Shown here in pieces: positions 13,518 to 20,000 of a DNA stretch of 20,000 nt. Position 1 is the first letter of the stretch; every line of letters starts with the position of its first letter. Location of the stretch: NCBI GenBank assembly GCA_943704415.1, contig CALSCO010000398.1, forward strand, positions 59,764-79,763. The letters are read 5' to 3'. Made by a program: the position numbers and the translations under genes. Source of the DNA: Parvularia atlantis (Eukaryota). The notes beneath the pieces were generated by a model. That model saw only the letters and a program-made list of their open reading frames with translations, had not been told where the DNA came from and ran no database searches.

Positions 13518-15782
13518 TCAGATGGCCGTGGGCTTCACCCAGCCGCCAAAGCGCCGCTCAAGCTCGAGCGCGACGGCGACGCAGAGGCGGTCGTTGCCGT
13601 CCTTGGCCGCGACCTGCACACCCGTGGGCATGCCGTCCTTCTTGGCCAGCCCCATGGGCACCTGGGCGCGCACACGGTGTGCATGAGTATTGGTCCGGGA
13701 AGGGGCTGTGCGCGGGGCGAGCACACCGCGGTCGACGCCAGCTCGAGCACGTTCAGGATGCCCGTGTACTGGAAGTTGAGCGGGACGAGGCACGCGGCGT
13801 TGTGCTGTGCGTGCGCGCGCCGCGCGTGAGACCACGGTGTGCCGCGGGAGGGACGCACAAAGACGGCCGTCGTCGGGTGGACCGGGTACAGCAGGATGCC
13901 GTCGTCGCCCAACAGCTCCTGGATCTGGCGGCGCATGACGAGGCCCATGGTGATGTCTTGCTTGACGCGCTCGGGCGCGAAGCGTGTCGGAAGCTTCTCG
14001 ATCAGCGCGAGGATGAGCGCGGGCAGGGTGTGGCCCGAGCGGCCCATGAACCAGTCGCCAAAGTCCTTGACCAGGTCGACGTCGCTCCTGTTGAGCAGCA
14101 GCTGGCTGCGGCGGCGGTGAACGGCGGCGGCGTTGAGCGGCGGCGGCGGTGAGCGCGCGCGCCGGCGCACGTGAAGGTCGGGTCGGCCGCGGCGTTGACC
14201 ATCGCCGACCAGATGTCGAACGAGCGCGTGAGCGCCTCAAGAACCTCGCGCGGCGGCACAATCTCGGTCATGCCGACGTTCTCGAGCAGGTGGTGCAGCA
14301 CGCGCGTCTGCGCGTCCTCCATGTCCTTCGTGACCGACTGCGCCCGGCGTCAGCCGCCGTCGCCGCGCGTGCGCGCGCGCACCTGGCACAGCAGGTTGCC
14401 CGGGTGGCCCGCGATCGACAGCACGCGCAGCCGCGACAAGTCCACCGAGGCCAGGTCGCCCAGGTCAACGTCCTGGTCCTTGAGCACGTGCAGCAGCGGC
14501 CAGAGGTCCTTGGCGTAGCTGGTGCGGCTTGGCGGTCACGCGCCTCGCCAACACGGCGCAGCTCAGCGCGCGCACCGGCAGATCGGGCCGGTGGTGCAGT
14601 AGCGCCGGGCCTCATTCTGCGCGAGGGGGTGCTGGCCGTCATTGGGCACTACCGCGGGCGAGGGCTTGTGCCCAAACACGCCGTTGAAGAAGGCCGGCAT
14701 GCGGATCGAGCCGCCTGCGCGACGTGACGCGGTCAACAACGCCCGGCTTCGCTGGCAGCAGCACCAATGTCCGCGCCCAGGCCAACGACCGACATGCCCG
14801 CCGCCACGGCGGCGCCCTCGCCGCCCGAGCTGCCGCCGACGATGCGCCGCAGGTCGTACGGGTTCGATGTGCGCCCGTAGACCTTGTTCTGCGACTCGTA
14901 CCACATGCACAACTCAGAGACGTTGGTCACGCCGATCGGGATGCTGCGCGGCGCGCGCGCGTCAAGACCGTGCGTGGTGGCGCGGCGTCGCGCACAAGCC
15001 CGCGGCGCGCATCCGGGCCACGGCCACGGCGTCCTGCTCGACGGCCGCGTGTTCCGGGAGGCGGTCGGGATGGCCTGTGCGCGGTCAGGGCACCATCCCG
15101 CGCTGCACCGCGGCGCTGCTGCTGCGCACCCGATGTGTTTGGCATGCCCTCGAGGCAGAACGACTCCTGTGGCGCGGGGCGGCGCGTGAGCACGGCGCGC
15201 GTGCGTGCGCAAAAACGCGCGCCTGCCTTGATTGTGCAGGGCACGCCCAGGAACGGCATACTGTCGATCAGCGGCGAGCACGCGGCGACAAGGGCGTCGG
15301 CCCGGTCAGCCTCGCGCAGGGCCGCGTCGAAGCGCTCGGCGACGACGGCGTTGATGTACGGGTTGACCTGGCGCGTGCGCTGGATGTAGGCCTCGACGAC
15401 GGTGCGCGACGTGACCGAGCCAGAGCGGATCTGCGCCACGTGGTTGGACGGGCGGCGCAACGCGGCGCGGCGCGGCGCGGCGCACCAGCGTGGCCAGGTC
15501 AACCGCGCTCATGAGCAGCAGCGGGTTCTCGAGCGCGTGCAGGCGCTTGGCGCGGCGGTGCTGGTGCGGCAGGAAGAACCAGGTAACGACGTCGCGCACG
15601 AACAGCCACGCTGACTCGACCACGCCGTACCACCACGACGGGTGCCGCGCGCGCTGGTGCCGGTGGCGGTAGCGGCGCACCTCGCGGTCGTTCAGGTGGC
15701 GCATGCGGCCGTGCTTGGCGCCGGTCGCTGTGGGGACGCTGGCCGGCGGAGCAGCCGCGCCGCCGACTTCAGCGCGCGCCAT
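13518..15782 (-). CDS. FAAH2: Fatty-acid amide hydrolase 2-like amidase-signature enzyme
   Basis: Motifs LLMSAVDLA, GVPCTIK|ESF (catalytic Lys), GVTNVSELCMWYES, GGSSGGEG, GADIGGSIRMPAFFNGVFGHKPS, TTGPICRYAKDL and FGGWV. Introns: 15431-15485, 15167-15226 (GC-AG), 15075-15129, 14944-14995, 14715-14764, 14519-14575, 14338-14382, 14106-14170, 13805-13858, 13662-13726. ATG 15782 is the likely start. Confidence 0.93.
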
Positions 15783-15884
15783 GCAGTGGAGCAAACACTG
15801 TGCCGGCTCGCAGAGTGACCACGCTTGCTCCAGCGCGCACCCGTACACAGACAGGGGGGAGAAGCAGGGCCACGACGTGTGCGC

Positions 15885-16427
15885 TCACGCGCCGCGGCGC
15901 TGTGCGATGATCACATTGTTGAGCTCCTCGAGCTTCTTCTTGGCGCGGAGCATCGTGCCGAGCTGCGCGGTGCCAGCGCGTGAGCACACACGCGGGCGCC
16001 GCAGCGCGGCGCAGTGGGCCACGCACGCGCTTCTTGGTAAACTTGCGCGCGCGCTTGTCCTTGCCGACCTTGAGCAGCTCCTGCCACTGGACGTCAGCGG
16101 ACGGTGCCGCAGAGACACTGCGAGCGCGCGCACCATCGCGCGGCGCTCGTACGGCGCAAAGCCCGCGACCTCGCGCACGACGTCGCGCACAAACTTGACG
16201 CGCTTGCCGAGCGACTGCGCGGGTGCCCGCGGCGCTCAGCGTGCTGGCCTGCAACGGCAACGGCAACGGCGACGGCGGCACACCCCCTTGCGGCGCGAGA
16301 TCTTGGCCGCGGGTGTCCGCCGCGTGGTCTTATGGCCCTTGTTGAACCCGACGGCGAGGCCCGTGCGCGGCGCCTTCTCGGCCTTGGCGGCCTTGCCGGC
16401 GGCGGCGGAGGCGGGCGCGGCGTCCAT
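15885..16427 (-). CDS. RPL36: 60S ribosomal protein L36 (eL36)
   Basis: Spliced sequence GLAVGFNKGHKTT...SRRKG|SLGKRVKFVRDVVREVAGFAPYERRAM|ELLKVGKDKRARKFTKKR|LGTMLRAKKKLEEL. Introns: 16215-16283, 16081-16133, 15963-16026. Confidence 0.97.
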
Positions 16428-16668
16428 CTGCGGCGGGGGGGTGCGTGCGTGGTGGTGAGAATTCGCTCGCCGAGGGAGACGACAGCACCCATCCATCCGC
16501 CCATCCATCCGCCCCATCAATCCATCTGAGTGCGCGTGCGGGTGCGCGTGCGCTGTGCAAAGCGGACATGCCTTCTTCTGACGAAACAGGCCGTGTACAT
16601 CGCGGCTATCGCTTGAAGCGGTGACGCACTTCTGCTGTTTGCGCCCGGCCCGGCGGCCGCGCGCGTGA

Positions 16669-16737
16669 CTGTGCGCCTTGCTGTGCACCTTGCTGTGCGC
16701 CTTGCTGTGCGCCTTGCTGTGCGCCTTGCTGTGCACC
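16669..16737. repeat. 12-bp minisatellite (CTGTGCGCCTTG), about 5.7 copies
   Basis: Units start at 16669, 16681, 16693, 16705 and 16717, with a partial unit at 16729. Units 2 and 6 carry a G>A variant. Confidence 0.92.
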
Positions 16738-16840
16738 GCACTCGCTGTGTGCGCGCCGCTGTTCTCCCGGCGTAGGCACGCAGCACGCACGGGCTCACCG
16801 CACGCGCACGTCTGGCGCCACACCAGTGCACAGTGCGCCG

Positions 16841-17894
16841 ATGGGCTGCTGCTCGTCCAGCCTGCCGAGCGCGGACGGGTACGCGCCGCCGCCGCAGCAG
16901 CTGCAGGCCGGCGACGGCGAGAGCCGCCTGCCCCTGGGTGCGTGCATTTGCAGCTGGCGGCGCTTGGTGACACAGGCGCGCGCAGGCGGCAACAAGCCGC
17001 TCAAGCCCGTCAAGCCCGTCTGGACGGCCGAGACGCAGATGACCGTGTCGCAGCTCCAGCGGAAGCGCGACGAGTTCTGGGAGACGGCGCACAACTACGA
17101 GGGCCAGCGCGAGATATGGGACGCGCTCAAGGCCGCGTGCGAGACGGACGACGTCAAGCTGGCCCAGGCTATCGTCGACTCGGCCAACATCTTCCTGCCA
17201 ACGGGTGCGCCCCACGGCGGGGCGCGCGTGTGCACACAGCACAGGCGTCTGAGACCGTATGCAGGCGTGCTCACGGACGCGTACGACGAGCGCGGGCGCA
17301 AGTACACCATCCCGCTGTACTGCATCTCCGACCCGACCAACCTCATCAACGACGACGGCACGTCGCGCTCGGCCGTCTCGCTGGACGCCAAGGGCGCCGC
17401 CAGCGGCAGCGGCAGCGGCGGCAGTGGCGCCGGCGCGGCAGGGCCAGGCCGGACAGCCGATGTGCGCTCGGCGCGCGCTGGTCAGGCGATGCTGACGTGC
17501 CGCCGCTGCCACCGCCAGCGCAACCGCGGCAAGGAGCTGCCGGTTGTGCTGCGCCTGTCCACGCCCAAGGACCTCAAGGTGACGCTGTACGAGCAGGACA
17601 GCATACGAGAGTGCGTTTGAGCGCGCCCCTGGGCCGGGCGGCGGCGACGGCTCAGGCGGTTTCGCGCAGCGTCAAGGAGCTCGTGCTGCAGACCGAGAAG
17701 ATTCCGATCGAGAAGCAGCGTATCTTCCTGACCGGCCACCTGCTCGACGACAAGGTGCGCCGCTGGCCGTGGCGCTGTGCGTTCGTCCTCACTGCCCGCT
17801 CCACCCCGCGCGCGCGCCCGCGCACGTCCAGACACGCCTGCGCACGCTCAAGCTCGGTGAGCACCCGGTGCTGCAGGTCATGTGCATGATCTGA
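16841..17894 (+). CDS. UBTD: Ubiquitin domain-containing protein (UBTD1/2, DC-UbP family)
   Basis: N-terminal MGCC acylation motif. Motifs QLQRKRDEFWET..YEGQREIWDALKAA and YDERGRKYTIPLYCISDPTNL. C-terminal ubiquitin-like domain (QRIFLTGHLLDDK...VLQV). Introns: 16938-16985, 17205-17264, 17462-17518, 17611-17669, 17755-17831. Confidence 0.94.
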
Positions 17895-17963
17895 GCGAGT
17901 GTGCCTCTGTGTTCTTAGTGCCTGCTGCTTCCTGTTGTACAGGTGATGCTGTTCGCCCGCGTT

Positions 17964-18602
17964 TCAGGCCGGCCGCCACGCCTCGAGCAGCGCCTGCACG
18001 CGCGCCACGTTGCGCTCCATGTCGTTGAGCGTGTTGCTGGGCAGGTCGAGCACGAGCTCGGGCCGGTACGCTTCGCGAGCCTCGTCCAGCGGCACCTGCA
18101 TGATCTCGCACTCGACGTTGGCCCGGATCTTCTTCTCCGTGTAGCCGCTGCGCGGTGCGTGAGCGTGAGCGGCGCGACGGCCGAACCCCACTCGGCCGCA
18201 CGCACCGCTGCTGCAGGCGCTCGTACAGGACGCCGTTGTCGGTGCGCAGGACGACGACGAGGTCGAACCAGCGCTCGGGGAACAGCTCCGAGCTGTGGTA
18301 GTCGACGACGCGGGCGCCGTCCACGAGCATGAGCTCCATCTCGTCCAGCAGCTGTGCCGCGGCGGCGCGCGTGTCAGTGCCCTGCCGCGCCGCCGCGCTC
18401 GCGTGTGCACCCGGTCCTCGTCGAGCACAAAACACTCGTACTCGTCATCCCAGCCCTCGTGCAGCCCGCGCACCTTGACCAGCTCGCTTACGTTGACCGC
18501 CTCGAACGGCGGTGAGCCCAGCGCGGCCACGAGCAGCTCGGCAAAGGTCGTCTTGCCCGTGCCGGGCGTGCCTGTGACGAGGACGTTGGGCGCGCGACGC
18601 AT
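17964..18602 (-). CDS. AK6: Adenylate kinase isoenzyme 6 (Fap7/hCINAP)
   Basis: Motifs PNVLVTGTPGTGKTT, VVDYH, FPERWFDLVVVLRTDN and GYTEKKIRANVECEIMQV. Introns: 18352-18410, 18148-18205. Confidence 0.96.
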   Translation of the reverse strand: MRRAPNVLVTGTPGTGKTTFAELLVAALGSPPFEAVNVSELVKVRGLHEGWDDEYECFVLDEDRVHTRARRRGRALTRAPPRHSCWTRWSSCSWTAPASSTTTARSCSPSAGSTSSSSCAPTTASCTSACSSGACGRVGFGRRAAHAHAPRSGYTEKKIRANVECEIMQVPLDEAREAYRPELVLDLPSNTLNDMERNVARVQALLEAWRPA

Positions 18603-18627
18603 CGACGGCCCGTGCCTTGACAAAGTC
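18603..18627. promoter_or_regulatory. 25-bp gap between the divergent AK6 and CSN3 start codons
   Basis: AK6 ATG at 18602 (-) and CSN3 ATG at 18628 (+). Confidence 0.45.
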
Positions 18628-18685
18628 ATGGCGGCGACGACCGTCGATGCGGACGGCCTGCTCGCGGCCGCCGCAGCCGTGCGCC

Positions 18686-18717
<32 letters not shown>

Positions 18718-20000
18718 GGCGCGGCCGGCGCCGAGGACGCGCACCAGGCGCGCCAGCAGCTCGCGCTCACCGTCGAGAGCGTCGGCAAGATGCTCGCGTC
18801 CGCGGCCATCGCGCCCGGCGCGCTCGACACGGCCCTCGCCGCCCTCGCCCTGCCCGACGACACGCTCTTCGCGGCGCTGCTCCTGTGCGTGCTGCTGCCG
18901 TGGCGCGACTCTGTGCTGACGCGGCCGCGGCAGCAACGTCAAGAGCGCGCAGCCCAGCACGACGGCCACGCCCGACGCCACTCACCTGTTCCTGCGACAG
19001 GCCGCCGCGCTGATGACCGGCGGCAGCCGCGAGGCGCTGCACGCGCGGCCTGACCTGAGTGCGCGGGCGGGCGGGCGTGGCCCCGTGCGCGCTGACGCGG
19101 GGCGCACAGTCCGCAACGTCAGTCGCGCGTTTGCAGCCGCGGCGATCGCTGCTGACACCGTGTGTAACGCGCTCAGCCCGTGCGACGGCTGACGCGCGCG
19201 TTCGCAGCCGGCGCTTACCATCGCACCGCTCGAGGCCGCCGTGCGCACGTTTGCGCCGACGCCTGGCCACCTCACACCGATGCACGCCGAGTTTCTCAAG
19301 GTCGCGCGCGCTCTGGCCGCCCGCGCCGAGCGTACGCGCTGAGAGCGCACGCGCGCGCCAGGTCTGCCTGCGCAGCCACGACTACAGGGCCGCGCTGGCC
19401 GTGGTCGAGCGCGACATCACAGAGATCGAGCCGAGCGTGCGTCGGGCGGCCGCGCGACGCGCCTGTGCCGCTGACGGCGCGCAGACCACGGCGATCGAGC
19501 CGCGCGACGCGCTGCTGTACTTTTACTACGCCGGGCTGGTGTTTACGGGGCTCAAGCAGCTGTCGCGCGCGTTTGACTGCTTCTTGATGGTGTGTCGCAT
19601 CGCGTCGCGTCGCGTCGCGGTCTGACGTGCGTGCGCGGCCCTCAAGGCAATCACGTCGCCGGCGCAGGTGCTCAGCGCAATCGTGGTCGAGGCGTACAAG
19701 AAGTTTGCGCTCGTGTCGCTGCTGCTGCACGGACAGGTGCGTGCGGCACGCGCGGCTCGCCGGCGCTCACGTGCACGCGCTGCGTAGATTGCGAGCCTGC
19801 CCAAGTACACGTCCGAGAGCGTGGCGCGGCATGTGGTGCTGATATGCCCGGGGTACGTGGACCTGGGCAAGGCGTTTGGGTCGCGCAAGCCCGAGGAGGT
19901 TGACAAGGTGCTGAGCAAGCACCAGGCCGACTTTGAGAAGGTACGCAGGGAGGCGCCCGGGCGACGCCGCGCGGGGGCTGAGGCGCATGCGCGCGGGGGG
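18628..20000 (+). CDS. COPS3: COP9 signalosome subunit 3 (3' end outside the window)
   Basis: Motifs HLTPMHAEFLKVCL, LLYFYYAGLVFTGLK, AITSPAQVLSAIVVEAYKKFALVSLLLHG and LPKYTS. Introns: 18885-18933, 19059-19109, 19160-19207, 19301-19361, 19437-19484, 19590-19646, 19737-19787, and one starting at 19941. Confidence 0.92.

Noticed and set aside
16251..16278. (CAACGG)n short repeat
   Set aside because: A small simple repeat inside an RPL36 intron, with no evidence of function.
16669..16737. Tandem repeat as a CRISPR array or a coding repeat (HSKA/LCAL)
   Set aside because: There are no spacers and no cas genes, the context is eukaryotic, and the surrounding ORFs are unsupported.

Overview
This is eukaryotic nuclear DNA, very GC-rich (about 70% by eye) and extremely compact. 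By manually splicing the six-frame ORFs I reconstruct 11 protein-coding genes in 20 kb, with about 75 spliceosomal introns. Nearly all introns are 44-77 nt, with GTGYG donors, a CTGAC/CTCAC/CTGAG/CTAAT branch point and YAG acceptors. Gene order: (1) 3' part of a large single-pass surface protein built from ~100-aa Cys/Asp-box modules, ending in an NPxF tail (+); (2) a short PACS1/2-like protein with the furin-binding region and acidic cluster but no C-terminal domain (+); (3) an intronless ORF, possibly a degenerate peroxiredoxin-like fold (-); (4) site-1 protease MBTPS1 (+); (5) KIF25-like kinesin-14 (-); (6) Rvs167/amphiphysin N-BAR-SH3 (+); (7) FAAH2-like amidase (-); (8) RPL36 (-); (9) UBTD1/2 (+); (10) AK6/Fap7 (-); (11) COP9 subunit CSN3 (+, runs off the window). 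Most gaps between coding sequences are 16-190 bp. The gene set suggests a unicellular relative of animals and fungi, but that is inference. Family assignments rest on motifs recalled from memory, not on database searches. I found no rRNA, tRNA, CRISPR array or mobile element. The best leads are the truncated PACS, which lies in frame 21 nt after the surface protein's TGA; the Asp-box repeat receptor; two GC-AG introns; and near-zero promoter spacing.
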